Virus record (IMG/VR): IMGVR_UViG_3300020042_001310
Span: 1-36,621 of that record
From: a virus
Taxonomy: Duplodnaviria > Caudoviricetes
DNA length: 36,621 bases
Direction: 5' to 3' (one strand)
Part shown: positions 7,417 to 16,204 of the stretch, one piece after another
Layout of the letters: each line of letters opens with the position of its first letter
How positions within the stretch are numbered: the first letter of the stretch is position 1
Program-made: the position numbers and the translations under genes
Notes under the pieces: generated by a model
Told to the model about the DNA's origin: nothing
The model's database searches: none
The model's input: the letters and a program-made list of their open reading frames with translations, nothing else

Positions 7417-8619
7417 ATGTCAAATTCAATCTTAACCATTGATATGATCACTCGTAAAGCCCTAGAAATCCTAGAGAACAACCTTGTGATCACACGTAAC
7501 GTGAATCGTCAGTATGATGATTCTTTTGCCGTAGAAGGCGCTAAAATTGGTTCTACTTTGCGTATCCGTTTACCAGATCGCGCTTTAGTAACTGACGGTG
7601 CAGCTCTACAAGTTCAAGATGACAACGAACAGTTCACAACATTGGCTGTTGCATCACAAAAACACATTGGTGTTAACTTCACATCTGCTGAATTGACTAT
7701 GCAATTAGATGACTTTGCAGAACGTGTATTAAAACCACGTATCTCACAATTGGCTTCTAGCGTTGATGCTGACGTTGCAAACTCATACAAAGCAATCTAC
7801 AACTCCGTAGGTACACCAGGTACTACACCATCAACTTCATTGGTATTGTTGCAAGCTCAACAAAAACTAAACGAAGGTGCTGCTGTAATGTCACCACGTT
7901 ATGCTACTGTTAACCCTGCTGCTAACGCTGGCTTGGTTGAAGGTATGAAAGGTTTGTTTAACCCAACTGACACAGTTTCACGTCAATTCAAAAACGGTAT
8001 GATGGGTATGGGCGTATTGGGCTTCGATGAAGTTAACATGTCTCAATCAATCAAACAACACACTACTGGCACATGGGGTACAGCAATCACAGTTACTTCA
8101 ACAATTGCAACTGAAGGTACTGCATCTATCGGTTTGAGCTTCACAGGTTCAAGCAAAACTTGGAACGTAGGCGACATCTTTACAATCGCTAACGTTTATG
8201 CAGTTAACCCACAAACACGTGAAACAACTGGTTCATTGCAACAATTCACAGTAACTGCTGCAGCTACAGGTTCTTCAACAACAACAGTTTCTGTATCACC
8301 AGCAATCTATACTCCAGCTAACGCATTGGCAACTGTAGACAGTTTCCCAGTAGCAGGCGCTGTAGTAACTATGTTCGGTGCGGCTACAACACAATACGCA
8401 CAAAACTTGGTTTACCATAAAGATGCAATCACTTTTGCAACTGCTGACTTGTTGTTACCACAAGGCGTAGACATGGCTTCACGTCAAGTACACAATGGCA
8501 TCTCTCTTCGTGTTGTTCGTCAATATGACATCAACAATGATCGTTTGCCTTGCCGTATTGACGTTCTATATGGCTTTGCTACAATTCGTCCACAAATGGC
8601 TGCCCGTATCTGGGGATAG
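7417..8619 (+). CDS. Major capsid protein (P22 coat gp5 family)
   Basis: N-terminal MSNSILTIDMITRKALEILENNL, KIGSTLRIRLP and C-terminal CRIDVLYG. Strong high-expression codon bias. Confidence 0.93.
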   Translation: MSNSILTIDMITRKALEILENNLVITRNVNRQYDDSFAVEGAKIGSTLRIRLPDRALVTDGAALQVQDDNEQFTTLAVASQKHIGVNFTSAELTMQLDDFAERVLKPRISQLASSVDADVANSYKAIYNSVGTPGTTPSTSLVLLQAQQKLNEGAAVMSPRYATVNPAANAGLVEGMKGLFNPTDTVSRQFKNGMMGMGVLGFDEVNMSQSIKQHTTGTWGTAITVTSTIATEGTASIGLSFTGSSKTWNVGDIFTIANVYAVNPQTRETTGSLQQFTVTAAATGSSTTTVSVSPAIYTPANALATVDSFPVAGAVVTMFGAATTQYAQNLVYHKDAITFATADLLLPQGVDMASRQVHNGISLRVVRQYDINNDRLPCRIDVLYGFATIRPQMAARIWG

Positions 8620-8626
8620 TCTAGGT

Positions 8627-8648
8627 AAGCCCCACTTCGGTGGGGTTT
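8627..8648 (+). terminator. Hairpin/terminator after the coat gene
   Basis: AAGCCCCAC-TTCG-GTGGGGTTT, cUUCGg tetraloop, short U tract. Confidence 0.75.
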
Positions 8649-8676
8649 CAACATTTTAAAAGTAAAGGAAATTATC

Positions 8677-9093
8677 ATGGCTCTTCCAAATGGTGCAGGT
8701 GGTTATCAATTAGGTGACGGCAATTTAGGCGAACCTATTTTAGGTTATCAAGCAGCTCCGTTATCTGTAGCAGCAACAGCTACACTAACAGCAGCTCAAG
8801 TTACAGCAGGTATTTTGTTAGTTGGTTCAGGCGCTACTGCTGCTCAAACATACACATTGCCTTCAGCAGCTTTAATTGAAGCAGCTGTTAGCTCAGCTAA
8901 AGTTGGTTCAACTTTTGATTTAAGCATTGTTAACTTAGGTACATCTTCAGGTACTGGCGCGTTAGCATTAGGTTCAGGTACAGGCTTTTCTGATGGCGGT
9001 AACGCTACAGTAGCAGTGGCAATTACAACTAGCGGTTTATTCCGTTTCCGTAAAACTGCTGAAAACGCTTACTCTGTATACCGCGTAGGTTAA
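8677..9093 (+). CDS. Putative head decoration/minor capsid protein
   Basis: A/G/S/T-rich, 138 aa, directly after the coat gene. Strong RBS and coat-like codon bias. Confidence 0.6.
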   Translation: MALPNGAGGYQLGDGNLGEPILGYQAAPLSVAATATLTAAQVTAGILLVGSGATAAQTYTLPSAALIEAAVSSAKVGSTFDLSIVNLGTSSGTGALALGSGTGFSDGGNATVAVAITTSGLFRFRKTAENAYSVYRVG

Positions 9094-9102
9094 TGTAATA
9101 AC

Positions 9103-9125
9103 TCCACCCTTCGGGGTGGATTTTT
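9103..9125 (+). terminator. Rho-independent terminator
   Basis: TCCACCC-TTCG-GGGTGGA-TTTTT. Confidence 0.85.
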
Positions 9126-9140
9126 AATAAAGGAAATATT

Positions 9141-9605
9141 ATGCCAAATACCAAACCAGTAGGCGTAGCCTATTCAGACCCTGAGCTATCAGGCGCTACA
9201 ATTAATAATTCGCCAATTGGCGCAACAACACCTAGCACTATTGTAGGTACAACTGTGTACTGTGCACTAGAAATTGGTTACGCAGCAGGCGCACAAGGGT
9301 CAGTTACTCAATTAACAGATAAATCAACCGCTGTAACCTTAAATAAATCTGCAGGCGTAATTACAATGAACAACGCTTCATTGACTACAGCTACTAATGC
9401 AACATTTACATTAAACAACTCTTTAATTAACGCAAAAGATACTGTTATATTAACAATCTCAGGTGGTCAAGCTACACCAGGTTCATATAACGTGTTTGCT
9501 AATGGCGTAACAGCAGGATCAGTAAGCATTTCATTGCGTAACATTTCAGGCGGTACATTGTCTGAAGCTGTTGTAATCAACTTTGCAGTTATTCACGCAG
9601 AATAA
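9141..9605 (+). CDS. Putative head fibre/accessory virion protein
   Basis: 154 aa, beta-rich, with INNSPIGATTPST and VTQLTDKSTAVTLN motifs seen in phage structural proteins. Confidence 0.55.
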   Translation: MPNTKPVGVAYSDPELSGATINNSPIGATTPSTIVGTTVYCALEIGYAAGAQGSVTQLTDKSTAVTLNKSAGVITMNNASLTTATNATFTLNNSLINAKDTVILTISGGQATPGSYNVFANGVTAGSVSISLRNISGGTLSEAVVINFAVIHAE

Positions 9606-9629
9606 AAATAGGGGCTTCGGCCCTTATTT
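9606..9629 (+). terminator. Hairpin/terminator
   Basis: AAATAGGGGC-TTCG-GCCCTTATTT. Confidence 0.7.
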
Positions 9630-9641
9630 ACAGGATAAAAA

Positions 9642-9821
9642 ATGGCTATTACATATTTAAAACACGAAATACACGGCACTAAAATTGCCTATATGGAAGC
9701 AGAAGTAGAAGCAGATGCACAAAACGGCTGGATAGAGTATAATCCTGATACGCCTGCTGAACCGACAGTAGTTGCGGCTCCCGTCAATGAACTGGAAGTT
9801 AAACGACGTAGAAAAGAATAA
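9642..9821 (+). CDS. Hypothetical protein (59 aa)
   Basis: Not in ORF track. RBS CAGGA. MAITYLKHEIHGTKIAYMEAEVEADAQNGWIEYNPDTPAEPTVVAAPVNELEVKRRRKE. Fills the gap between flanking genes. Confidence 0.75.
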   Translation: MAITYLKHEIHGTKIAYMEAEVEADAQNGWIEYNPDTPAEPTVVAAPVNELEVKRRRKE

Positions 9822-9832
9822 GGAGCCTTAAT

Positions 9833-10543
9833 ATGGCAACGGCTGGCGATCAAATTAATGGAGCGTTACGATTACTTGGCATTTTAGCCGAAGGCGAAAC
9901 TCCATCTGCAGCGACATCACAAGATGCGTTGACTGCACTAAACCAAATGATAGATAGCTGGAATACAGAACGTCTAGCCGTATACAGTACGCAAGACCAA
10001 GTGTTTTCATGGCCCCCTAACGTATTATCAAGAACATTAGGCCCTACAGGTGACTTTGTAGGCAATCGCCCTATTTTACTAGAAGATTCAACATACTTTA
10101 AAGACCCGTCAAACGGCATCTCTTTTGGTATCAAATTTCTTAACCAACAACAATACAACGGTATTGCGGTTAAAACTGTAACGTCTACTTACCCACAAGT
10201 TATTTGGGTTAACATGTCTTACCCTAACGTTGAAATGTACGTCTATCCAAAACCTACGAAGGTATTGGAATGGCATTTTATTTCTGTTCAAGAAATATCA
10301 CAGCCAGCTACATTAGCAACAGAGTTATTCTTTCCACCAGGCTACTTACGTGCATTTAAGTATAATCTAGCTTGCGAAATAGCACCTGAGTTTGGTGTAG
10401 AGCCAAGCGCACAAGTATCACGCATTGCAATGGCATCTAAGCGTAACTTGAAACGTATCAACAACCCTGACGATATTATGAGCTTGCCTTACAGCATTGT
10501 AGGCACTCGTCAACGCTACAATATCTTTGCAGGTAACTATTAA
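9833..10543 (+). CDS. Head-tail adaptor (P22 gp4-like)
   Basis: TAGDQINGALRLLG...DALTALNQMIDSW and YNLACEIAPEFG. Located before the gp10-like gene. Confidence 0.8.
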   Translation: MATAGDQINGALRLLGILAEGETPSAATSQDALTALNQMIDSWNTERLAVYSTQDQVFSWPPNVLSRTLGPTGDFVGNRPILLEDSTYFKDPSNGISFGIKFLNQQQYNGIAVKTVTSTYPQVIWVNMSYPNVEMYVYPKPTKVLEWHFISVQEISQPATLATELFFPPGYLRAFKYNLACEIAPEFGVEPSAQVSRIAMASKRNLKRINNPDDIMSLPYSIVGTRQRYNIFAGNY

Positions 10544-11982
10544 TGAAAAGTCCTATCTTAGGTCAATCTTATGTAGCTCGGTCTATTAACGCTGCGGATA
10601 ACCGCATGATTAATTTGTTTCCTGAAGCTACCCCTGAGAACGGCTTAGAGATAGGCTATCTTAATCGTGCGCCTGGACTAACAACGTTATGCACCGTAGG
10701 TACTGGCCCTATTAGAGGTCTGTGGGCGCATCAAACAAACGGTACAGATGCGTACTGCGTATCAGGTACAGGCTTTTATCGTATTAATACAAACTACACG
10801 TCAACGTATATCGGTGAAGTGTTAGGTACAGGGCCAGTCATATTTGCTGACAATGGTACACAGATATTTATTGCTGCTAACCCATTAGGTTACATCTACA
10901 ACGAAGTAACCAACGTGTTTGCGCAGATTACTGATCCCGATTTCACAGGCGCGGGTACAGTATGTTATTTAGATGGATACTTTGTATATAACGAACCTGA
11001 CAGCCAAAAGATATGGATTACCCAGCTTCTTGACGGCACGTCAGTAGACCCATTAGACTTTGCTAGTGCTGAAGGCTCACCTGACGGTGTAGTAGCCCTT
11101 AACACTATTCATCGTGAACTATGGGTGTTTGGTACAGATACAACTGAAGTTTGGTATGACTCAGGCGCGACAGACTTTCCGCTAATCCCTATTCAAGGTG
11201 CGTTTAGCGAGACAGGCTGTCTTGCACCGTATTCAGTAGCCAAGCTAGATAACTCTCTCTTTTGGTTGGGTAACGACCCTCGCGGATTTGGTGTAGTGTT
11301 TAGGTCTAACGGCTATGCAGCACAGCGCGTATCAACACATGCAGTAGAGTATGCGATACAAAACTACGGCACTATATCAGACGCTGTAGCGTACTCATAC
11401 CAACAAGAAGGACATGCCTTCTATGTGATTAGTTTTCCTACCGCAAATGCCACATGGGTGTATGACGTAGCGACAGGATCATGGCACGAACGTGCTAGTT
11501 TGGTTAACGGCGAGTTTGAACGTCATCGTTCAAACTGTCAATGTAACTTTCAATCAACAACCTTAGTTGGCGATTACGTAAACGGTAATATCTATAAGTT
11601 TGACTTAAATGTGTATGCAGACAATAACGCACCGCAGAAATGGCTACGTTCATGGAGAGCGTTACCTAGCGGTCAGAACAACTTGAAGCGTACAGCACAG
11701 CACAGTCTACAGTTAGAGATTGAGTCAGGCGTAGGCTTAAACTTAGGTCAAGGTGACGACCCTCAAGTAATGTTACGCTGGTCCGATGATGGCGGTCATA
11801 CATGGTCTAACGAACATTGGAAATCAATGGGTAAGATAGGCGAATATGGCTACCGTAACATTTGGCGTCGTCTAGGCATGACACAAAAGCTACGTGATCG
11901 TGTGTATGAAATATCAGGAACTGATCCAGTTAAGGTAGCTATTATGGGTGCGGAGTTAATCCTAAATGGCACAAACGCCTAA
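10543..11982 (+). CDS. Tail hub/packaged DNA stabilization protein (P22 gp10-like)
   Basis: 479 aa with LDGYFV, FASAEGSPD, SDDGGHTWS and WRRLG motifs of the gp10 family. Confidence 0.9.
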   Translation: MKSPILGQSYVARSINAADNRMINLFPEATPENGLEIGYLNRAPGLTTLCTVGTGPIRGLWAHQTNGTDAYCVSGTGFYRINTNYTSTYIGEVLGTGPVIFADNGTQIFIAANPLGYIYNEVTNVFAQITDPDFTGAGTVCYLDGYFVYNEPDSQKIWITQLLDGTSVDPLDFASAEGSPDGVVALNTIHRELWVFGTDTTEVWYDSGATDFPLIPIQGAFSETGCLAPYSVAKLDNSLFWLGNDPRGFGVVFRSNGYAAQRVSTHAVEYAIQNYGTISDAVAYSYQQEGHAFYVISFPTANATWVYDVATGSWHERASLVNGEFERHRSNCQCNFQSTTLVGDYVNGNIYKFDLNVYADNNAPQKWLRSWRALPSGQNNLKRTAQHSLQLEIESGVGLNLGQGDDPQVMLRWSDDGGHTWSNEHWKSMGKIGEYGYRNIWRRLGMTQKLRDRVYEISGTDPVKVAIMGAELILNGTNA

Positions 11983-13993
11983 CTACACCCGCATACCTGC
12001 GCCTAGAGTTTCGCTTGTCGATCCACAGACGGGTATTGTGGCGAACGAATGGTTTAGGTTTTTTAACAATATTTACGCAATTACGTACTCAGGGGTTAAT
12101 ACAGTTACAGCAGGCACGTATGGCACCGCAACAAACGTAGCACAATTAACAGTAAATGATTTTGGCGGTATTACAAACATAAGTAATGTACCGATAGCAA
12201 TTGATGCAGCTCAAATTGTTAGCGGTAATATTAACACAGCCCGTATTCAAGGCGCATACACAGGTATTACAGGCGTAGGTACACTAACGTTAGGTACATG
12301 GAACGCAACGCCAATCACTACAACTTATGGCGGTACAGGGCTAACAAGTTATGCAATAGGTGATTTAAGCTATTACGCAGCAGGTACAGCACTAAGTAAA
12401 CTAGCCATAGGGTCAAGCACCTTTATACTTACTTCTAGCGGTACAGCCCCACAATGGACTAACCCTACTACGATAACCGTAGGTAAAGCAACTAATCTTG
12501 TTGGCGGTGCGGCTAATCGTATAGCTTATCAAACTGCTGCTGATACCACTAGCTTTATTGTTGCACCTACAGTTTCAGCCACATATCTAAACTGGTCAGG
12601 TACTGCGTTTCAATGGTCTAGTAATCCATTAGGCACCGTAACAAGTGTAACTGGTACTGCACCAGTATCTGTAGCGACGGGAACTACAACGCCTGTTATT
12701 AGTATGGCGGCAGCTAATACATCTACAAATGGATATTTAACTAGCACCGACTGGAATACTTTTAACAGCAAATTGTCAGCACAGGTTTACCCTGGCGCAG
12801 GTATAGCTAACTCTACTGGAACTGCTTGGGGTACATCTTATGGTGTATCAGGTACAGGTAGTGTTGCTTTAACTTCCAATCCAGTATTTGCTACAGACAT
12901 TACAGTTAATGGACTTCGTGTAGGCAAAAGTATTGGTTCAGGCAATGCTCAAAATACAGCCGTTGGTTTTGAAGCCTTAAGTGCTAATTCTAGTGGCAAC
13001 TCAAACGTAGCAGTTGGCTGGCGTTGCCTTAAAGCTAATTCTACAGGCGAATGGAACGTAGCTCTTGGTGCGGGGGCACTTCAAAATAATACATCTGGGC
13101 TTGGGAATTTTGGTCTTGGTCTTTCTACTTTAGTTACCAATACTACAGGTAGTGGGAATGTTGGTATAGGTGCGTTTGCTTTAACTACTAGCAATGGCAG
13201 TAATAACCTTGGTATTGGTTACGGAACGCTTGAAAATAATACTTCAGGCTCTTCTATTATTGCCTTAGGTTTTAATTCTGCTCGGAAACATGCAGATGGC
13301 ACAACTAATTTAACCACAGCAAAAAATTCTATTTATATAGGGTCAGAAGTTAGAGGTTTTAATAACTCTGATAGCAATTCTATTGTTATCGGATATCAAG
13401 CTATTGGCACAGGTGCTAACACTACAGTCATCGGTACAAGTTCTACTACGGCTACTAAACTATTTGGTAATTTAGAAGCTACAGGTACAGGAAAGTTTAA
13501 TACAACAGTAGGGGTAGGTGCAACGACACCAAGCACATCAGGCGCAGGTATCACGTTCCCCGCTACACAATCTGCATCAACAGATGTTAATACGCTAGAT
13601 GATTATGAAGAAGGTACGTTTACACCGACTATTACAGGGGCAACTACTGCGGGAGTTGGTACATATACAATTCAAGTAGGGAGATATACAAAAATAGGTA
13701 ATAGAGTGTTTTATCAAGTTTATATGTCATGGACTGCACATACTGGCGTTGGTGCTATGCGTGTTAGCGCATTACCCTTTACGGCAATAAACGCAACGAA
13801 TGTGTTTACCGCGGCAAATTTTTGGTCGTCAAATATTGCAATGACAGCACTTAATTATATGCAAGGCTATGTAGTCGTAAATAGCACTAATATAGCTATT
13901 GAGCAAGTTTCAACTGGCGGGGGCGCAACTTCAGTAGTTCCAATGGACCCAGCAGGGCTAATTCTCGTATCTGGGCATTATGAAACAGCTTAA
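11966..13993 (+). CDS. Tail fibre/needle protein
   Basis: G/T/S/N-rich. About 14-aa repeats N(T/V)A(V/L)GxxALxxNxxG, and a C-terminal DDYEEGTFTP...GRYTKIGNRV receptor-binding module. Confidence 0.8.
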   Translation: MAQTPNYTRIPAPRVSLVDPQTGIVANEWFRFFNNIYAITYSGVNTVTAGTYGTATNVAQLTVNDFGGITNISNVPIAIDAAQIVSGNINTARIQGAYTGITGVGTLTLGTWNATPITTTYGGTGLTSYAIGDLSYYAAGTALSKLAIGSSTFILTSSGTAPQWTNPTTITVGKATNLVGGAANRIAYQTAADTTSFIVAPTVSATYLNWSGTAFQWSSNPLGTVTSVTGTAPVSVATGTTTPVISMAAANTSTNGYLTSTDWNTFNSKLSAQVYPGAGIANSTGTAWGTSYGVSGTGSVALTSNPVFATDITVNGLRVGKSIGSGNAQNTAVGFEALSANSSGNSNVAVGWRCLKANSTGEWNVALGAGALQNNTSGLGNFGLGLSTLVTNTTGSGNVGIGAFALTTSNGSNNLGIGYGTLENNTSGSSIIALGFNSARKHADGTTNLTTAKNSIYIGSEVRGFNNSDSNSIVIGYQAIGTGANTTVIGTSSTTATKLFGNLEATGTGKFNTTVGVGATTPSTSGAGITFPATQSASTDVNTLDDYEEGTFTPTITGATTAGVGTYTIQVGRYTKIGNRVFYQVYMSWTAHTGVGAMRVSALPFTAINATNVFTAANFWSSNIAMTALNYMQGYVVVNSTNIAIEQVSTGGGATSVVPMDPAGLILVSGHYETA

Positions 13994-14034
13994 CTCCACC
14001 ATTTTAGTATAGACAGTCACAAAGGATAATCACA

Positions 14035-14283
14035 ATGGCTTTAACAGAAGAAAAAGTAATAGATCAAATTACCGTAGTAGAGAATGGTACAATTCAATAC
14101 CGTGAAGCTACGCGTATACTTAAAGATGGTGAGCAGATAGCACAAACATATCATCGTAGTTCTTTAACGCCAGCTAGTGACTTAACTGGTATACCTGCTA
14201 ATGTAGCAGCTATAGCTACTGTAGCGTGGACTGAAGAAATAATAGCCGCTTACCAAGCATCACAGGCCGTAGTAATTGCTTAA
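14035..14283 (+). CDS. Tail fibre-associated small protein (putative chaperone)
   Basis: MALTEEKVIDQITVVENG...YHR family, which typically follows DDYEEGT-type fibres. RBS AAAGGA. Confidence 0.6.
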   Translation: MALTEEKVIDQITVVENGTIQYREATRILKDGEQIAQTYHRSSLTPASDLTGIPANVAAIATVAWTEEIIAAYQASQAVVIA

Positions 14284-14297
14284 CTAAGGAAAGCAAA

Positions 14298-14525
14298 ATG
14301 GATGAAACAATAGAAAGTATTGCACAGCATTACAAAGCCGCTATGGATTCAGTAAATCTTATCAATGGTGGTAAGCCTGAATGGATGACTGATGCAGATT
14401 GGGTTGACTGTGTAAAACGTAACAAAGACCACCTTGTCATTATGTTAGCTAAAGACTTTTGGACTGATGAGGATTTAACACCGTTTAAAAATGCAATAAA
14501 TTTTAATGACGCAAAGGACGCATAA
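14298..14525 (+). CDS. Second fibre-associated small protein
   Basis: 75 aa, HYKAAMDSVNLI...RNKDHL.IML.KDFW. RBS TAAGGA. Confidence 0.55.
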   Translation: MDETIESIAQHYKAAMDSVNLINGGKPEWMTDADWVDCVKRNKDHLVIMLAKDFWTDEDLTPFKNAINFNDAKDA

Positions 14526-15916
14526 TGGCAACTTTAATACCAAAATACACGCAGGTAACGACATCCAATCGGACGATTGCACAGAAGTTTGCTGAGACTA
14601 TTTCAGTTAAAGATTTCGGCGCTGTAGGTAACGGCGTAGCAGATGATACCGTAGCTATTCAAGCTGCTATTGTTTATTGTTTGGCTAATGGCGTTTCATT
14701 GACCGCTGAAGGTTCATATAAAATAACTTCAACAATTAATTTTAGGTATATAAACGTTGATTTTAGCTACGCTAGTATTAATGTAGCTCATGCTGGCATA
14801 GGTATTATTATCGGTGGAAATGCAAGTAACCCAAATAACCCTAACCAACAATTTAATTCAGTAACTCGTAGCGTTGGCACAGATTCAACAACTACGCCTA
14901 CTATTAGAGCCATTGGCGTTAAAGGGCAAAACATTTACATAGGTAGAGCGCCATATTTTCAAGTATACGCCGATACGGAAGCCGCAGTATATAATACAGA
15001 TTATTCATCTGCGTACAGTAATTTTTATTTAAAATATGTAGATACACTTGAGCTTACTAACAATGCTACAACTACAGGCAGCTCTGTTCAATGGATTAAT
15101 GAAAACCAATTTTATTTAAACAGAATAACTACTTTATTAGTAAATGGAACATACAATCATAACCACAATAATTTTTGGAATGGTTCATTTGAAAATAGCG
15201 CAGTAATAACTTTTGATGTTGGTGCTTCTAATTTTGTATACAACACTCGGTTTGAAAACGGCGCAACTGTTACTTTTCAAAGTGCTGCTATTGATTGCGT
15301 TGTTATTAATAGTTGGAGTTCAAGCAATCATAGGTATCCTACATTTGGCATTACTGTCGTAAACAACGGAAAAATGTGTTCTGTTATTTCTGCTTTTGAT
15401 GTGTACTACCCTCGTATTTCTTATGTAGGGTTTAGTTATGAATCATTAAAACAGGTTGGCGCAAATTATAATGTACAAGGCGTTTCAAATGTAGTAATTA
15501 ATCCAACTAATTTATCCTTAACAGCAAATCAACTTTTGTATACAAGCACTTTTATCCCAGTTTCAGGCGCAGAACAAACCGTGTTTAATATTAGTATAGC
15601 AAACAACACTAATGGTATTAGAATAACTGTTGATGGATACGATTCAGCAAAAACTTTAATAACGCCAGCAGCAAACCAAGTTTTATATGATGGCATAGCA
15701 GGTAGACAATTTCAACAAGTTGATGCAGCAGTAAATAATTCTGCTGGCAGACGTTTTTATGTTACCGATAGCACCTGTGCATTTATAAAGATAAAAGTTT
15801 CTGCTGGTACTGCTGCCGTTACATTTGATACATTTAATCTTACTGTACAAGCAATAAATAGTAGTTTAGCTGCTTCACAAGCTGCATGGCTTTTAACAAC
15901 AAATAATTTTGTATAA
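14525..15916 (+). CDS. Tailspike/depolymerase (pectate-lyase-like beta-helix)
   Basis: ISVKDFGAVGNGVADDTVAIQAAI beta-helix entry motif, followed by an Asn-rich body. Confidence 0.78.
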   Translation: MATLIPKYTQVTTSNRTIAQKFAETISVKDFGAVGNGVADDTVAIQAAIVYCLANGVSLTAEGSYKITSTINFRYINVDFSYASINVAHAGIGIIIGGNASNPNNPNQQFNSVTRSVGTDSTTTPTIRAIGVKGQNIYIGRAPYFQVYADTEAAVYNTDYSSAYSNFYLKYVDTLELTNNATTTGSSVQWINENQFYLNRITTLLVNGTYNHNHNNFWNGSFENSAVITFDVGASNFVYNTRFENGATVTFQSAAIDCVVINSWSSSNHRYPTFGITVVNNGKMCSVISAFDVYYPRISYVGFSYESLKQVGANYNVQGVSNVVINPTNLSLTANQLLYTSTFIPVSGAEQTVFNISIANNTNGIRITVDGYDSAKTLITPAANQVLYDGIAGRQFQQVDAAVNNSAGRRFYVTDSTCAFIKIKVSAGTAAVTFDTFNLTVQAINSSLAASQAAWLLTTNNFV

Positions 15917-15940
15917 CAAAAGATTGATATTGGATATTAA

Positions 15941-16204
15941 ATGGAAAAATTAATAGCATTATTATCAAGCCCACGTATTCCTGTGCCGTTGGATAAGCAA
16001 GTACACTTTAATGTTGGGTCAATCATTGCGCTTATAACATACTTTTTTATCGGATACTACGCTTTATTGCTAGTAATGGTAGTAGCTTTTGCAAAAGAGT
16101 GGTATGATTATCAGCATCCAACAATCCATACTTGCGATTTTTATGATTGGTTAGCCACGGTACTAGGCGCTGTCGTTACATTAGGAGTGATTTATGTCTG
16201 TTAA
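15941..16204 (+). CDS. Small membrane protein (VanZ/YfiM-like)
   Basis: Hydrophobic segments with DKxxH, KEWYD and DxxDWLAT motifs. Confidence 0.6.
   Translation: MEKLIALLSSPRIPVPLDKQVHFNVGSIIALITYFFIGYYALLLVMVVAFAKEWYDYQHPTIHTCDFYDWLATVLGAVVTLGVIYVC

Noticed and set aside
8617-8680. Stop read-through or frameshift extension of the coat protein
   Set aside because: TAG is followed two codons later by an in-frame TAA and a hairpin, and the next gene has its own strong RBS.
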